A DNA stretch of 64,000 nucleotides from assembly GCF_988242995.1 (NCBI RefSeq), contig NZ_OZ547043.1; one strand, 5' to 3'. Under the pieces are notes generated by a model that was not told where the DNA came from, ran no database searches, and saw only the letters and a list, made by a program, of their open reading frames with translations. Below are positions 1-14,594 of this stretch, one piece after another (the stretch's first letter is position 1; every line of letters starts with the position of its first letter). The position numbers and the translations under genes are program-made.

Positions 1-2
1 GC

Positions 3-71
3 ATTTTTGAACGCGCGGACTGGGAAGCGTCTCTCCAGGGGCTGGAGCGTATTTTCCCGACAGTGTCATAA
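3..71 (+). CDS. fliI: Flagellar ATPase FliI, C-terminal end (partial, gene starts upstream of window)
   Basis: Frame-3 translation ends ...LQGLERIFPTVS*, matching the FliI C-terminus; directly precedes fliJ. Confidence 0.8.
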   Translation: MFERADWEASLQGLERIFPTVS

Positions 72-89
72 CCCAGGAGATAACGGCAG

Positions 90-533
90 ATGGCAGAACA
101 TGGCGCGCTGGCGACCCTGAAAGATCTGGCAGAAAAAGAGGTAGAGGATGCCGCGCGCCTGCTGGGTGAAATGCGTCGCGGATGTCAGCAGGCGGAAGAA
201 CAACTCAAAATGCTGATCGATTATCAGAATGAATATCGCAATAACCTCAACAGCGATATGAGTGCTGGGATGACCAGCAACCGCTGGATCAACTATCAGC
301 AGTTTATCCAGACGCTGGAAAAAGCCATTACTCAGCATCGCCAGCAACTTAATCAGTGGACGCAGAAAGTTGATATTGCCCTGAACAGCTGGCGAGAAAA
401 GAAACAACGTTTGCAGGCCTGGCAGACACTGCAGGAACGGCAATCCACGGCGGCACTGCTTGCAGAAAACCGCCTCGATCAGAAAAAGATGGATGAGTTC
501 GCCCAGCGCGCCGCCATGAGGAAACCTGAATGA
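90..533 (+). CDS. fliJ: Flagellar export chaperone/stalk protein FliJ
   Basis: 147-aa [28 protein letters not shown]... recognised as FliJ; synteny fliI-fliJ-fliK. Confidence 0.93.
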   Translation: MAEHGALATLKDLAEKEVEDAARLLGEMRRGCQQAEEQLKMLIDYQNEYRNNLNSDMSAGMTSNRWINYQQFIQTLEKAITQHRQQLNQWTQKVDIALNSWREKKQRLQAWQTLQERQSTAALLAENRLDQKKMDEFAQRAAMRKPE

Positions 534-1657
534 TTCGCTTAGCGCCCTTGATTACCGCCGACGTTGACACCACCACATTGCCTGGCGGCAAAGCCAGCGA
601 TGCTGCACAAGAATTTCTCGCGTTGTTGAGCGAAGCATTAGCAGGCGAGACAACTACCGACAAAGCGGCCCCCCAGTTGCTGGTGGCAACAGATAAGCCC
701 ACGACAAAAGGCGAGCCGCTGATCAGCGATATTGTTTCCGACGCGCAACAAGCGGATTTACTGATCCCTGTGGATGAAACACCGCCTGTCATCAACGACG
801 AACAATCCACATCAACACCATTAACAACCGCTCAGACAATGACGTTGGCTGCGGTGGCTGACAAAAATACGACAAAAGACGAAAAAGCGGATGATCTGAA
901 TGAAGACGTCACCGCAAGCCTGAGCGCCCTTTTTGCGATGTTGCCGGGTTTTGACAATACGCCCAAAGTGACTGATGCGCCGTCAACCGTGTTACCGACA
1001 GAGAAACCAACGCTCTTCACAAAACTGACTTCTGAGCAACTCACAACAGCACAGCCTGATGACGCCCCCGGCACACCAGCTCAGCCATTAACACCGCTGG
1101 TAGCAGAAGCCCAGAGTAAAGCGGAAGTCATCAGCACACCTTCACCGGTGACCGCTGCCGCCAGCCCGCTAATCACTCCACACCAGACACAGCCACTGCC
1201 CACCGTCGCCGCACCTGTTTTGAGTGCACCGCTGGGTTCTCACGAATGGCAACAATCATTAAGCCAGCATATTTCGCTGTTCACCCGCCAGGGGCAACAA
1301 AGTGCAGAGTTGCGACTGCACCCACAGGATTTAGGTGAAGTGCAAATCTCCCTCAAAGTGGATGATAACCAGGCGCAAATCCAGATGGTTTCACCGCATC
1401 AGCATGTACGCGCCGCCCTGGAAGCAGCGCTGCCGGTACTGCGTACGCAGCTGGCCGAAAGTGGCATTCAGTTAGGGCAAAGCAACATCAGTGGCGAAAG
1501 CTTTAGTGGTCAGCAGCAGGCCGCTTCCCAACAACAGCAAAGCCAACGCACAGTAAACCATGAACCTCTGGCGGGGGAAGACGACGATACGCTTCCGGTT
1601 CCCGTCTCTTTACAAGGGCGCGTAACAGGCAACAGCGGCGTTGATATTTTCGCCTAA
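530..1657 (+). CDS. fliK: Flagellar hook-length control protein FliK
   Basis: 375-aa Pro/Thr/Gln-rich ORF overlapping the fliJ stop (ATGA); typical FliK composition and position. Confidence 0.9.
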   Translation: MIRLAPLITADVDTTTLPGGKASDAAQEFLALLSEALAGETTTDKAAPQLLVATDKPTTKGEPLISDIVSDAQQADLLIPVDETPPVINDEQSTSTPLTTAQTMTLAAVADKNTTKDEKADDLNEDVTASLSALFAMLPGFDNTPKVTDAPSTVLPTEKPTLFTKLTSEQLTTAQPDDAPGTPAQPLTPLVAEAQSKAEVISTPSPVTAAASPLITPHQTQPLPTVAAPVLSAPLGSHEWQQSLSQHISLFTRQGQQSAELRLHPQDLGEVQISLKVDDNQAQIQMVSPHQHVRAALEAALPVLRTQLAESGIQLGQSNISGESFSGQQQAASQQQQSQRTVNHEPLAGEDDDTLPVPVSLQGRVTGNSGVDIFA

Positions 1658-1705
1658 CGTCAGAGGTAGCACCGTAATCCGCGTCTTTTCCCCGCTTTGT
1701 TGCGC

Positions 1706-1732
1706 TCAAGACGCAGGATAATTAGCCGATAA
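1706..1732 (+). promoter_or_regulatory. Flagellar-type promoter upstream of fliL (TCAA-N15-GCCGATAA)
   Basis: GCCGATAA at 1725-1732 is the sigma-28-type -10 element that is also found in class 2 flagellar promoters; spacing to TCAA is 15 nt. Confidence 0.5.
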
Positions 1733-1761
1733 GCAGTAGCGACACAGGAAGACCGCAACAC

Positions 1762-2226
1762 ATGACTGATTACGCGATAAGCAAGAAAAGCAAGCGATCG
1801 CTTTGGATCCCGATTCTGGTATTCATTACCCTCGCGGCCTGTGCCAGCGCAGGTTACAGCTACTGGCATTCGCATCAGGTTGCCGCTGACGACAAAGCGC
1901 AGCAACGCGTCGTGCCCTCACCGGTCTTCTATGCGCTGGATACCTTTACGGTCAATCTGGGCGATGCGGATCGCGTGCTTTATATCGGCATAACCTTGCG
2001 CCTGAAAGATGAAGCTACCCGCTCGCGGCTGAGTGAGTATTTGCCGGAAGTCCGTAGCCGTTTGCTGTTACTGTTTTCGCGTCAGGATGCTGCCGTACTG
2101 GCGACAGAAGAAGGCAAGAAAAACCTGATTGCCGAGATTAAAACCACACTTTCCACCCCGCTTGTTGCCGGGCAACCGAAACAGGATGTCACCGACGTGC
2201 TGTATACCGCTTTTATTCTGCGATAA
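1762..2226 (+). CDS. fliL: Flagellar basal-body-associated protein FliL
   Basis: 154-aa ORF with an N-terminal TM segment; first gene of fliLMNOPQR. Confidence 0.9.
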   Translation: MTDYAISKKSKRSLWIPILVFITLAACASAGYSYWHSHQVAADDKAQQRVVPSPVFYALDTFTVNLGDADRVLYIGITLRLKDEATRSRLSEYLPEVRSRLLLLFSRQDAAVLATEEGKKNLIAEIKTTLSTPLVAGQPKQDVTDVLYTAFILR

Positions 2227-2230
2227 CGAC

Positions 2231-3235
2231 ATGGGCGATAGTATTCTTTCTCAAGCTGAAATTGATGCGCTGTTGAATGGCGACAGCGAAGTCAAAGACG
2301 AACCGACAGCCAGTGTTAGCGGCGAAAGTGACATTCGTCCGTACGATCCGAATACCCAACGACGGGTTGTGCGCGAACGTTTGCAGGCGCTGGAAATCAT
2401 TAATGAGCGCTTTGCCCGCCATTTTCGTATGGGGCTGTTCAACCTGCTGCGCCGTAGCCCGGACATTACCGTCGGGGCCATCCGCATTCAGCCGTACCAT
2501 GAATTTGCCCGCAACCTGCCGGTGCCGACCAACCTGAACCTTATCCATCTGAAACCGCTGCGCGGCACAGGGCTGGTGGTGTTCTCGCCGAGTCTGGTGT
2601 TTATCGCCGTGGATAACCTGTTTGGCGGCGATGGACGCTTCCCGACCAAAGTGGAAGGTCGCGAGTTTACCCATACCGAACAGCGCGTCATCAACCGCAT
2701 GTTAAAGCTGGCGCTTGAAGGCTATAGCGACGCCTGGAAGGCGATTAATCCGCTGGAAGTTGAGTACGTGCGTTCGGAAATGCAGGTGAAATTTACCAAT
2801 ATCACCACCTCGCCGAACGACATTGTGGTTAACACGCCGTTCCATGTGGAGATTGGCAACCTGACCGGCGAATTTAATATCTGCCTGCCATTCAGCATGA
2901 TCGAGCCGCTACGGGAATTGTTGGTTAACCCGCCGCTGGAAAACTCGCGTAATGAAGATCAGAACTGGCGCGATAACCTGGTGCGCCAGGTGCAGCATTC
3001 ACAGCTGGAGTTGGTCGCCAACTTTGCCGATATCTCGCTACGCCTGTCACAGATTTTAAAACTGAAACCCGGCGACGTCCTGCCGATAGAAAAACCCGAT
3101 CGCATCATCGCTCATGTTGACGGCGTTCCGGTGCTGACCAGTCAGTACGGCACTCTCAACGGTCAGTATGCGTTACGGATAGAACATTTGATTAACCCGA
3201 TTTTAAATTCTCTGAACGAGGAACAGCCCAAATGA
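2231..3235 (+). CDS. fliM: Flagellar motor switch protein FliM
   Basis: Start trimmed to ATG at 2231 (MGDSILSQAEIDALL...); 334 aa; the upstream ORF extension overlaps fliL. Confidence 0.92.
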   Translation: MGDSILSQAEIDALLNGDSEVKDEPTASVSGESDIRPYDPNTQRRVVRERLQALEIINERFARHFRMGLFNLLRRSPDITVGAIRIQPYHEFARNLPVPTNLNLIHLKPLRGTGLVVFSPSLVFIAVDNLFGGDGRFPTKVEGREFTHTEQRVINRMLKLALEGYSDAWKAINPLEVEYVRSEMQVKFTNITTSPNDIVVNTPFHVEIGNLTGEFNICLPFSMIEPLRELLVNPPLENSRNEDQNWRDNLVRQVQHSQLELVANFADISLRLSQILKLKPGDVLPIEKPDRIIAHVDGVPVLTSQYGTLNGQYALRIEHLINPILNSLNEEQPK

Positions 3236-3645
3236 GTGACATGAATAATCCGGCCGATGACAACAACGGCGCAATGGACGATCTGTGGGCTGAAGCGTTG
3301 AGCGAACAAAAATCAACCAACAGCAAAAGCGCTGCCGACGCGGTGTTCCAGCAATTTGGCGGTGGTGATGTCAGCGGAACGTTGCAGGATATCGACCTGA
3401 TTATGGATATTCCGGTCAAGCTGACCGTCGAGCTGGGCCGTACGCGGATGACCATCAAAGAGCTGTTGCGTCTGACGCAAGGGTCCGTCGTGGCGCTGGA
3501 CGGTCTGGCGGGCGAACCACTGGATATTCTGATCAACGGTTATTTAATCGCCCAGGGCGAAGTTGTCGTAGTCGCTGATAAATATGGCGTGCGGATCACC
3601 GATATTATTACCCCGTCTGAGCGAATGCGTCGCCTGAGCCGTTAG
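3232..3645 (+). CDS. fliN: Flagellar motor switch protein FliN
   Basis: 137-aa ORF overlapping the fliM stop; C-terminal SpoA-like region ...GYLIAQGEVVVVADKYGVRITDIITPSERMRRLSR. Confidence 0.93.
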   Translation: MSDMNNPADDNNGAMDDLWAEALSEQKSTNSKSAADAVFQQFGGGDVSGTLQDIDLIMDIPVKLTVELGRTRMTIKELLRLTQGSVVALDGLAGEPLDILINGYLIAQGEVVVVADKYGVRITDIITPSERMRRLSR

Positions 3646-4013
3646 TGATGAATAACCACGCTACTGTGCAATCTTCCGCGCCGGTTTCTGCTGCGCCACT
3701 GCTGCAGGTGAGCGGCGCACTCATCGCCATTATTGCCCTGATCCTCGCTGCTGCCTGGCTGGTAAAACGGCTGGGATTTGCCCCTAAACGCACTGGCGTT
3801 AACGGTCTGAAAATTAGCGCCAGTGCTTCGCTGGGCGCGCGTGAACGGGTCGTGGTGGTCGATGTGGAAGATGCACGGCTGGTGCTCGGCGTTACCGCAG
3901 GGCAAATCAATCTGCTGCATAAACTTCCCCCTTCAGCACCAACGGAAGAGATACCGCAGACCGATTTTCAGTCGGTCATGAAAAACTTGCTTAAGCGTAG
4001 CGGGAGATCCTGA
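3645..4013 (+). CDS. fliO: Flagellar biosynthesis protein FliO
   Basis: 122-aa ORF with a single TM helix between fliN and fliP. Confidence 0.88.
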   Translation: MMNNHATVQSSAPVSAAPLLQVSGALIAIIALILAAAWLVKRLGFAPKRTGVNGLKISASASLGARERVVVVDVEDARLVLGVTAGQINLLHKLPPSAPTEEIPQTDFQSVMKNLLKRSGRS

Positions 4014-4750
4014 TGCGTCGTTTGTTGTCTGTCGCCCCTGTCCTTCTCTGGCTGATTACGCCCCTCGCCTTCGCGCAACTGCCGGGTATCACCAGCCAGC
4101 CGCTGCCTGGCGGTGGACAAAGCTGGTCGCTCCCGGTGCAGACGCTGGTGTTCATCACCTCGTTGACGTTTATTCCGGCAATTTTACTGATGATGACCAG
4201 TTTCACCCGCATCATCATTGTTTTTGGTTTATTGCGTAACGCGCTGGGAACACCCTCCGCGCCACCTAACCAGGTATTGCTGGGGCTGGCACTGTTTTTG
4301 ACCTTTTTTATTATGTCGCCAGTGATCGACAAAATTTATGTCGATGCGTACCAGCCATTCAGCGAAGAGAAAATATCAATGCAGAAGGCGCTGGAAAAAG
4401 GGGCGCAGCCGCTGCGTGAGTTTATGCTGCGTCAGACCCGTGAGGCAGATTTAGGGTTGTTTGCCAGACTGGCGAATACCGGCCCGTTGCAGGGACCTGA
4501 AGCCGTGCCGATGCGCATTTTGCTCCCGGCCTACGTGACCAGCGAGTTGAAAACCGCATTTCAGATAGGCTTCACGATTTTCATCCCTTTTTTGATTATC
4601 GACCTGGTGATAGCCAGCGTGTTGATGGCATTGGGGATGATGATGGTTCCCCCCGCCACCATTGCTCTGCCCTTTAAACTGATGCTGTTTGTACTGGTGG
4701 ATGGTTGGCAATTGCTGGTCGGTTCGCTGGCGCAGAGCTTTTACAGCTAG
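4013..4750 (+). CDS. fliP: Flagellar type III export apparatus protein FliP
   Basis: 245-aa polytopic membrane protein with signal peptide; conserved order. Confidence 0.93.
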   Translation: MRRLLSVAPVLLWLITPLAFAQLPGITSQPLPGGGQSWSLPVQTLVFITSLTFIPAILLMMTSFTRIIIVFGLLRNALGTPSAPPNQVLLGLALFLTFFIMSPVIDKIYVDAYQPFSEEKISMQKALEKGAQPLREFMLRQTREADLGLFARLANTGPLQGPEAVPMRILLPAYVTSELKTAFQIGFTIFIPFLIIDLVIASVLMALGMMMVPPATIALPFKLMLFVLVDGWQLLVGSLAQSFYS

Positions 4751-4759
4751 AGAGGCAAA

Positions 4760-5029
4760 ATGACACCTGAATCGGTCATGATGATGGGGACTGAAGCGAT
4801 GAAAGTCGCGCTGGCACTGGCTGCCCCGCTGTTGCTGGTGGCGCTGGTCACGGGCCTTATCATCAGTATTTTGCAGGCCGCCACGCAGATTAACGAAATG
4901 ACGCTGTCGTTTATTCCAAAAATCATCGCCGTATTTATTGCCATTATTATTGCCGGACCGTGGATGCTCAATCTGTTGCTGGATTACGTCCGCACCTTGT
5001 TCACTAACCTGCCGTATATCATCGGGTAG
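4760..5029 (+). CDS. fliQ: Flagellar export apparatus protein FliQ
   Basis: 89-aa two-TM protein. Confidence 0.93.
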   Translation: MTPESVMMMGTEAMKVALALAAPLLLVALVTGLIISILQAATQINEMTLSFIPKIIAVFIAIIIAGPWMLNLLLDYVRTLFTNLPYIIG

Positions 5030-5036
5030 CCGTACT

Positions 5037-5822
5037 ATGTTGCAGGTGACAAGCGAACAATGGCTATCCTGGTTAAGCCTGTACTTCTGGCCGTTACTGC
5101 GCGTGCTGGCGCTGATCTCCACCGCGCCGATTCTGAGCGAACGCAGCGTACCGAAACGGGTAAAACTGGGTCTGGCAATGATGATCACGTTCGCCATTGC
5201 CCCATCATTACCTGCCAACAATGTTCCTGTTTTTTCGTTCTTTGCTCTGTGGCTGGCCGTGCAGCAGATCCTGATCGGCATTGCGCTTGGTTTTACCATG
5301 CAATTTGCCTTTGCCGCTGTGCGAACCGCTGGCGAAATTATCGGTCTGCAAATGGGGCTGTCATTTGCGACATTTGTCGATCCGGCCAGCCATCTCAATA
5401 TGCCTGTTTTAGCGCGTATCATGGATATGCTGGCGTTACTACTGTTCCTGACATTTAACGGTCATTTATGGTTGATTTCACTGCTGGTCGATACCTTTCA
5501 CACCCTGCCAATTGGTGGCGAACCGTTGAACAGCAATGCGTTTCTGGCACTCACCAAAGCAGGGAGTTTGATTTTCCTTAACGGGCTGATGCTGGCGTTA
5601 CCGCTCATTACTCTGCTGCTGACACTGAATCTGGCATTAGGTTTACTTAATCGTATGGCCCCGCAATTATCCATTTTTGTTATTGGATTTCCATTAACTC
5701 TGACTGTCGGTATCTCTTTAATGGCGGCATTAATGCCGTTAATTGCACCTTTTTGCGAACATTTATTCAGTGAGATGTTTAATTTGCTGGCTGATATTAT
5801 TAGTGAATTGCCATTAATATAA
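5037..5822 (+). CDS. fliR: Flagellar export apparatus protein FliR
   Basis: Start trimmed to ATG 5037 ([13 protein letters not shown]...); 261-aa polytopic membrane protein. Confidence 0.9.
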   Translation: MLQVTSEQWLSWLSLYFWPLLRVLALISTAPILSERSVPKRVKLGLAMMITFAIAPSLPANNVPVFSFFALWLAVQQILIGIALGFTMQFAFAAVRTAGEIIGLQMGLSFATFVDPASHLNMPVLARIMDMLALLLFLTFNGHLWLISLLVDTFHTLPIGGEPLNSNAFLALTKAGSLIFLNGLMLALPLITLLLTLNLALGLLNRMAPQLSIFVIGFPLTLTVGISLMAALMPLIAPFCEHLFSEMFNLLADIISELPLI

Positions 5823-6111
5823 TTCCGTAACGTTTATCATGTTATCCTAAGGATTATCCGAAAAATAATACCTACGAACATCTTCCAGGATACTCCTGCG
5901 GCGAAATATTTGTTTTAAGGTCACTCACATATCGCAACATTTACTTTACTTTAAGACAATTCCAGGCAAATTATACAACACTTTACGGGATAGTAAGTCC
6001 GCCTGAAAAATCGCGAGAGTGGCGCATTAGGTGACCCATGTTGTTCCGTTTAGTCATGATGAAATATTCAGGTAAGGGGAATTATCGTTACGCATTGAGT
6101 GAGGGTATGCC

Positions 6112-6735
6112 ATGTCAACGATTATTATGGATTTATGTAGTTACACCCGACTAGGTTTAACCGGGTATCTGTTGAGTAGAGGGGTTAAAAAAAGAGAAAT
6201 CAACGACATTGAAACCGTTGATGACCTTGCCATAGCTTGTGATTCACAGCGCCCTTCAGTGGTGTTTATTAATGAGGACTGTTTCATCCATGATGCTTCT
6301 AACAGTCAGCGCATCAAGCACATCATTAATCAACATCCCAATACGTTATTTATCGTTTTTATGGCAATTGCCAATGTTCATTTTGATGAATATCTATTGG
6401 TCAGAAAAAATTTATTGATCAGTTCTAAATCGATTAAACCGGAATCTCTCGACGATATCCTTGGCGATATTCTGAAAAAAGAGACAACGATAACCTCTTT
6501 TTTAAATATGCCGACGTTATCATTGAGCCGAACCGAATCGAGTATGTTGCGAATGTGGATGGCAGGTCAGGGAACCATTCAAATCTCTGACCAAATGAAT
6601 ATCAAAGCCAAGACCGTTTCATCGCATAAAGGTAATATTAAACGTAAGATCAAAACGCATAATAAACAGGTTATCTACCATGTCGTCCGACTGACGGATA
6701 ATGTGACTAATGGTATTTTTGTCAACATGCGCTAA
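6112..6735 (+). CDS. rcsA: Colanic acid capsule regulator RcsA (LuxR-type HTH)
   Basis: 207-aa ORF with C-terminal LuxR-type HTH; AT-rich gene with long AT-rich leader, as expected for rcsA. Confidence 0.9.
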   Translation: MSTIIMDLCSYTRLGLTGYLLSRGVKKREINDIETVDDLAIACDSQRPSVVFINEDCFIHDASNSQRIKHIINQHPNTLFIVFMAIANVHFDEYLLVRKNLLISSKSIKPESLDDILGDILKKETTITSFLNMPTLSLSRTESSMLRMWMAGQGTIQISDQMNIKAKTVSSHKGNIKRKIKTHNKQVIYHVVRLTDNVTNGIFVNMR

Positions 6736-6778
6736 CACATTCTGACTGGTGGTTTCCCACCAGTCAGGCTGAATAAGA

Positions 6779-7057
<279 letters not shown>

Positions 7058-7129
7058 CTATACTTAAGAGATGCCAGGCGGACTTAACGACTGGCGGCAA
7101 CAACAGAGTAACGGTTGCGAGGAAAGATG

Positions 7130-7357
7130 ATGAAAACCGCAAAAGAGTACAGCGATACCGCAAAACGTGAGGTCAGCGTCGATGTCGATGCCCTGCTGGC
7201 GGCGATCAATGAAATTAGCGAAAGCGAAGTTCATCGCAGCCAGAACGATTCTGAACACGTTAGCGTCGATGGACGTGAATATCATACATGGCGTGAATTG
7301 GCGGATGCCTTCGAACTGGATATTCATGACTTCAGCGTCTCTGAAGTGAATCGTTGA
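7130..7357 (+). CDS. yodD: Small stress-induced protein YodD
   Basis: 75-aa protein MKTAKEYSDTAKREVSVDVDALLAAINEISE... Confidence 0.85.
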   Translation: MKTAKEYSDTAKREVSVDVDALLAAINEISESEVHRSQNDSEHVSVDGREYHTWRELADAFELDIHDFSVSEVNR

Positions 7358-7370
7358 ATGCACAATAAAA

Positions 7371-7457
7371 AAATCCCGACCCTGAGGGGGTCGGGATGAA
7401 ACTTGCTTAAGCAAGAAGCACTTAAAAAATTCGTTACACCAGGAAATCTGATGTGTT
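7371..7457 (-). ncRNA. dsrA: sRNA DsrA (Hfq-dependent regulator of rpoS and hns)
   Basis: Minus-strand sequence reads AACACATCAGATTTCCTGGTGTAACGAATTTTTTAAGTGCTTCTTGCTTAAGCAAGTTTCATCCCGACCCCCTCAGGGTCGGGATTT, the DsrA sequence including its terminator hairpin. Confidence 0.92.
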
Positions 7458-7636
7458 CATCACCTTATCCGCAATTTTTTTCGCTGACAAGAAAATATTC
7501 GCCATATGAATGATTAACGCTACTTATGAATAGAAATGTGACGCACGTCACCCCTTGGTGGCTCTGGCGTCAGCGGGATCGCTCCCGAAAAAATCATCTT
7601 TGATAATTTGTGCTGTTTTGAGAATCATCCTGGTAA

Positions 7637-10176
<2,540 letters not shown>

Positions 10177-10398
10177 CCTGCTTTTTTATGATTCTGGCAT
10201 AACCTGGCGATAGCGTACCGCAAAACAGCGATAATTTTATAATGGTGGCATGATAAGACGCGACAGACATCGATAGTTTTATAACGTAGGCATGATAAGA
10301 CGCGATAGCGTCGCATCAGGCAATTCAGTGCAGACACTGGCACACCCGACCGGATGCGACGTGAGCGCCACATCCGGTCGGGTGTTAATGATACCCTT

Positions 10399-10581
10399 TC
10401 AAACTTCTTCCGCAGGACGACTTCCCTCCCCCGGAACAAGCTCGGTTTCATGAAAAGCTTCCCGCTTGACCCCGTAACCGTCATACCAACGACACTCAAC
10501 CATACCGCTGGAGTATCCGGTGACAATCATCCGCGGGCCGCCCTCTTTAACCGTAACTTCCTCACTAACCATAAAGCTCAT
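10399..10581 (-). CDS. yodC: Small protein YodC
   Basis: 60-aa ORF MSFMVSEEVTVKEGGPRMIVTGYSSGMVECRWYDGYGVKREAFHETELVPGE... Confidence 0.8.
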   Translation of the reverse strand: MSFMVSEEVTVKEGGPRMIVTGYSSGMVECRWYDGYGVKREAFHETELVPGEGSRPAEEV

Positions 10582-10659
10582 ACTCGCCTCCTTTTTTCGA
10601 GTGAAACTTGTTCACCTTAGTTGAAGATGGCGAATTTTGCATAATAGCCTGTGCGAGTA

Positions 10660-11577
10660 TTAATGTGCCTGACCGCGTATTTTCGCTACGGCTTTCACTC
10701 CCAGCACCACGATGCCGCCGATGATAAATCCAAGAATCAGATTTAAAACAGTCGGTAATATCATCGCCACCACTGCACTTTGCTGCCCGGCGAAATGTTC
10801 AATGGCGTGATGCAGCGGCGCAATACCATGTACCACAATCCCGCCGCCGACGAGGAACATCGCCAGCGTGCCGACAATCGATAACGCTTTCATCAGCCAG
10901 GGCGCGATAATCAATAATCCTTTACCTAATGCCTGCATCAGCGCGCTGGATTTTTCCGCCAGCCAATACCCCAGGTCATCAATCTTAACGATAACCCCTA
11001 CCAGACCGTAGACGCCCACGGTCACTACCAGCGCGATGCCTGAAAGCACCAGCACCTGATTAAGCAACGGCGCTTCGGCCACAATCCCCAGCGTGATGGC
11101 GACGATTTCCGCAGACAATATAAAATCGGTACGAATCGCCCCTTTTATTTTGTCCTTTTCAAACTTCAGCGGATCCTGCGCCGCCAGCTTCTCCAGACGC
11201 TGCTGACTCTGCGCCGGATCTTCTTTATGTTTACGCGCCTCCAGCATATGCAGCACTTTCTCTCCCCCTTCAAAGCAGAGAAACGCGCCGCCAATCATCA
11301 ACAGTGGCGTAATCGCCCACGGGATAAACGCACTGATGATCAGCGCCAGCGGCACCAGAATCACTTTATTGATCAGCGATCCTTTCGCCACGCCCCAGAC
11401 CACGGGAAGTTCCCGGTTGGCCCGCACGCCTGAAACTTGTTGCGCATTGAGCGATAAGTCATCCCCTAATACACCGGCGGTTTTCTTCGCCGCCAGTTTG
11501 CCCATCACGGAGATATCGTCCAGTAGAGTGGCGATATCATCGAGCAACGTCAGTAAACTACTCCCGGCCAAAAGCAT
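10660..11577 (-). CDS. yedI: Inner membrane protein YedI (DUF808)
   Basis: 305-aa polytopic membrane ORF in conserved position. Confidence 0.85.
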   Translation of the reverse strand: MLLAGSSLLTLLDDIATLLDDISVMGKLAAKKTAGVLGDDLSLNAQQVSGVRANRELPVVWGVAKGSLINKVILVPLALIISAFIPWAITPLLMIGGAFLCFEGGEKVLHMLEARKHKEDPAQSQQRLEKLAAQDPLKFEKDKIKGAIRTDFILSAEIVAITLGIVAEAPLLNQVLVLSGIALVVTVGVYGLVGVIVKIDDLGYWLAEKSSALMQALGKGLLIIAPWLMKALSIVGTLAMFLVGGGIVVHGIAPLHHAIEHFAGQQSAVVAMILPTVLNLILGFIIGGIVVLGVKAVAKIRGQAH

Positions 11578-11749
11578 TCCCTCTCATTTTTATTGTTGAA
11601 GGGTGTAAGTATGAAGCAAAAACGGCAGCTCTGATACTTGCTTCACAGGTCAACATTTTTTTAACAATCAAGTGCAATTATATCTCTCGCCAGCAGAATG
11701 ATTTTCACGTTTACTATGAACCACCTTTTTATTTCCACCGTGAGGGATT

Positions 11750-12670
11750 ATGCGTTTCCGCCAGTTGTTACCGCTTTTTGGCGCGCTGTTTGCGTTGTAT
11801 ATCATTTGGGGCTCAACCTATTTTGTCATTCGGATTGGCGTGGAAAGCTGGCCTCCGTTAATGATGGCAGGCGTTCGATTCCTGGCAGCCGGTATTTTAT
11901 TGATGGCATTTTTGCTACTGCGCGGACACAAACTCCCCCCGCTACGTCCGCTGCTCAATGCCGCGCTGATTGGCCTGTTATTGCTGGCTGTCGGTAATGG
12001 CATGGTGACGGTTGCCGAACATCAAAATGTTCCTTCCGGCATCGCCGCCGTAGTGGTTGCAACCGTGCCCCTCTTTACCCTGTGCTTCAGCCGCCTGTTT
12101 GGCATTAAAACGCGCAAACTGGAATGGGTGGGTATTGCCATTGGGCTTGCCGGAATCATCATGCTCAATAGCGGTGGAAATTTAAGCGGCAATCCGTGGG
12201 GCGCGATTCTGATTTTAATCGGCTCGATTAGCTGGGCGTTTGGCTCGGTTTATGGCTCGCGCATTACCTTACCTGTAGGGATGATGGCGGGTGCGATTGA
12301 GATGCTGGCGGCAGGCGTGGTGTTAATGATCGCGTCGATGATTGCAGGTGAAAAACTGACGGCACTCCCTTCCCTTTCAGGCTTCCTTGCGGTCGGCTAT
12401 CTGGCGCTGTTTGGTTCGATTATCGCCATTAACGCTTATATGTATTTAATCCGCAACGTCAGTCCGGCTCTCGCCACCAGCTACGCCTACGTTAACCCGG
12501 TGGTCGCGGTCTTGCTGGGTACGGGACTGGGCGGAGAAACGCTGTCGAAGATTGAATGGCTGGCGCTCGGCGTAATTGTCTTCGCGGTGGTACTGGTCAC
12601 GTTGGGAAAATATCTCTTCCCGGCAAACCCCGTAGTTGCGCCAGTTATTCAGGACGCATCAAGCGAGTAA
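11750..12670 (+). CDS. yedA: EamA/DMT-family transporter YedA
   Basis: 306-aa 10-TM protein. Confidence 0.88.
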   Translation: MRFRQLLPLFGALFALYIIWGSTYFVIRIGVESWPPLMMAGVRFLAAGILLMAFLLLRGHKLPPLRPLLNAALIGLLLLAVGNGMVTVAEHQNVPSGIAAVVVATVPLFTLCFSRLFGIKTRKLEWVGIAIGLAGIIMLNSGGNLSGNPWGAILILIGSISWAFGSVYGSRITLPVGMMAGAIEMLAAGVVLMIASMIAGEKLTALPSLSGFLAVGYLALFGSIIAINAYMYLIRNVSPALATSYAYVNPVVAVLLGTGLGGETLSKIEWLALGVIVFAVVLVTLGKYLFPANPVVAPVIQDASSE

Positions 12671-13129
12671 ATGAATCCCCTGCGTGTCGATCTGCGCGCT
12701 GGCACCTTCGCCGCAGATCCACTCTTCCAGACGCTCGCTAAGCGCTTCATCCGTCAGCTTCTCGCGCCCACGTAATGCACACTCCCAGACAATCAATACG
12801 CGCCAGCCGAGTTCCTGCAAACGACTGATATCGCGGCGATCGCGTTCAACATTTTTACCTATCTTCTCCAGCCAGAACTCGGTTCGAGTCGCAGGCACTT
12901 TAAACAGATAGCAGTGATGATGATGCCAGAAGCAGCCGTGGGTAAATATCACGCAGCGATATTCATCAACGACAAAATCCGGGCGTCCGGGCAGACTGGC
13001 GTCCTGAACGCGAAATGCCAGGCCCTGCCCGGTTAACAGACTGGCGAGGCGCTTCTCTATCGCCGTATCACGCGTGGCAATCGCGCGCATATTTTTGCTG
13101 CGAGTGGCCTTATCGTGAACGTCGGCCAT
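12659..13129 (-). CDS. vsr: Very-short-patch repair endonuclease Vsr
   Basis: Start trimmed to [25 protein letters not shown]... (156 aa); its 5' end overlaps the dcm 3' end. Confidence 0.92.
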   Translation of the reverse strand: MADVHDKATRSKNMRAIATRDTAIEKRLASLLTGQGLAFRVQDASLPGRPDFVVDEYRCVIFTHGCFWHHHHCYLFKVPATRTEFWLEKIGKNVERDRRDISRLQELGWRVLIVWECALRGREKLTDEALSERLEEWICGEGASAQIDTQGIHLLA

Positions 13130-14528
13130 GTTGTGCCTCTTGCTGACGCAACGCCACCGCCTGTTTGATTTTTGGCTCAAGCAGTTTTGCCACCGCGGCA
13201 AAGACCGGCACGACCACCGAGTTACCGAACTGGCGATAGGCCTGAGTGTCCGAAACCGGAATGCGGAATTTCGCTTCTCCCGGCGCTTCAAAACCCATTA
13301 AGCGCGCGCATTCCCGAGGCGTTAACCGACGTGGACGATGTTGCTGATTCAGCGGATCGTCAAAGTCTTTCTCACCCGTGGCCATATCCCAGCCGCGATC
13401 GATTAAAATTTCCGCGCCATCTTTGTAATAACGCGCAGACAGCGTACGCGTGACGCTTCGCGGATTGTTAGGATAGACCATTCCATAACCGAAGCCGTTA
13501 CCGCGCGCCTGATGTTTTTTCGCATAACGATAGAGGTACTTCCACAGCACCGGCGTCAGGATATATTTCGCCTCGACCATCGGGTCCAGCAGCTGCGCCA
13601 GCGTCACTCGCTGTGCAGGGAAACATTCGCTGATATCACGCAGAGTAAAATCGGCTTTCAGATTAAGATCGCGACGAAAACCCACCAGCACGATGCGTTC
13701 ACGGTGCTGCGGCAGAAAATGTTTACCATCGATGATTTTCGGATCGTCCGGCCCGTTATCTTCTGCATCAGCCACGTCATAGCCCAGTTCGTCCAGCGTC
13801 TGCATGATGATGCGGAACGTTTTACCCTGGTCGTGGCTTTTCAGGTTTTTGACGTTTTCGAGCACAAACATCGCCGGACGACGCGCGTCGATAATGCGCA
13901 CCACATCAAAGAACAGCGTGCCCTGAGTATCGCAGGCAAAACCGTGCGCCCGCCCGAGCGAGTTCTTTTTCGATACGCCAGCCAGCGAAAATGGCTGACA
14001 AGGGAAACCGGCCAGTAAAACATCGTGTTCAGGAATGTGTTTACGAATATGTTCCGCCGCCGCCTCATCACTCACGCCTTCTTTATGGCTGAGGGTGATG
14101 TCGCGGATATCTTCATTAAAATGATGCGTCGCCGGGTCGCAATAATGATTGGCTTTATAAGTGCGTACCGCATGTTTGTTCCATTCGCTGGTAAACACGC
14201 ATTGTCCGCCAATCGATTCAAAACCGCGACGGATGCCGCCAATTCCGGCAAATAGATCGATAAAGCGAAACGCATAATGCGGATGATGTGCCGGTGGTTT
14301 GGGTAACAACGTTTGCAGATGGGCGAACTCTTTCTCACTTAAACGGTGCCATGCCGAGTCATTCGCCAGCGCACGTTTTAAAATTGCCGCGCTCCAGTGA
14401 TTCTCACCCACACCATTAAGCTGCGCCACCAGCGTTTTAACATCATAAATTTGCAGCAGTTTCTCCAGCATTGCCTGTGCGGCATTCCCGGTGCTGTATG
14501 AATCGGTTACTGATATATTTTCCTGCAT
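13110..14528 (-). CDS. dcm: DNA cytosine-5 methyltransferase Dcm
   Basis: 472-aa ORF with C5-methyltransferase motifs (FAGIGG, PCQPFS, ENV). Confidence 0.93.
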   Translation of the reverse strand: MQENISVTDSYSTGNAAQAMLEKLLQIYDVKTLVAQLNGVGENHWSAAILKRALANDSAWHRLSEKEFAHLQTLLPKPPAHHPHYAFRFIDLFAGIGGIRRGFESIGGQCVFTSEWNKHAVRTYKANHYCDPATHHFNEDIRDITLSHKEGVSDEAAAEHIRKHIPEHDVLLAGFPCQPFSLAGVSKKNSLGRAHGFACDTQGTLFFDVVRIIDARRPAMFVLENVKNLKSHDQGKTFRIIMQTLDELGYDVADAEDNGPDDPKIIDGKHFLPQHRERIVLVGFRRDLNLKADFTLRDISECFPAQRVTLAQLLDPMVEAKYILTPVLWKYLYRYAKKHQARGNGFGYGMVYPNNPRSVTRTLSARYYKDGAEILIDRGWDMATGEKDFDDPLNQQHRPRRLTPRECARLMGFEAPGEAKFRIPVSDTQAYRQFGNSVVVPVFAAVAKLLEPKIKQAVALRQQEAQHGRRSR

Positions 14529-14594
14529 AGATTTAACCGGCCATCTGAGATGGCCGACAGGTTAACATAATTACAGCCATTTAGGGCCACGCGC

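Noticed and set aside
349-810. 153-aa minus-strand ORF over the fliJ/fliK junction
   Set aside because: Antisense to conserved genes, with no ribosome-binding site or homology.
2129-2230. N-terminal extension of the fliM ORF
   Set aside because: The extension overlaps the fliL 3' end; the conserved FliM start MGDSILSQAEIDALL at 2231 was used.
4451-5422. 323-aa minus-strand ORF spanning fliP, fliQ and fliR
   Set aside because: Antisense to three well-supported, tightly packed flagellar genes; an overlap artefact.
7364-7395. Hairpin CCCGACCC...GGGTCGGG first considered as a yodD terminator
   Set aside because: No U-tract follows it on the plus strand; on the minus strand it is the terminator of DsrA, which is annotated instead.
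13512-14018. 168-aa plus-strand ORF inside dcm
   Set aside because: Lies wholly within the dcm coding region on the opposite strand.
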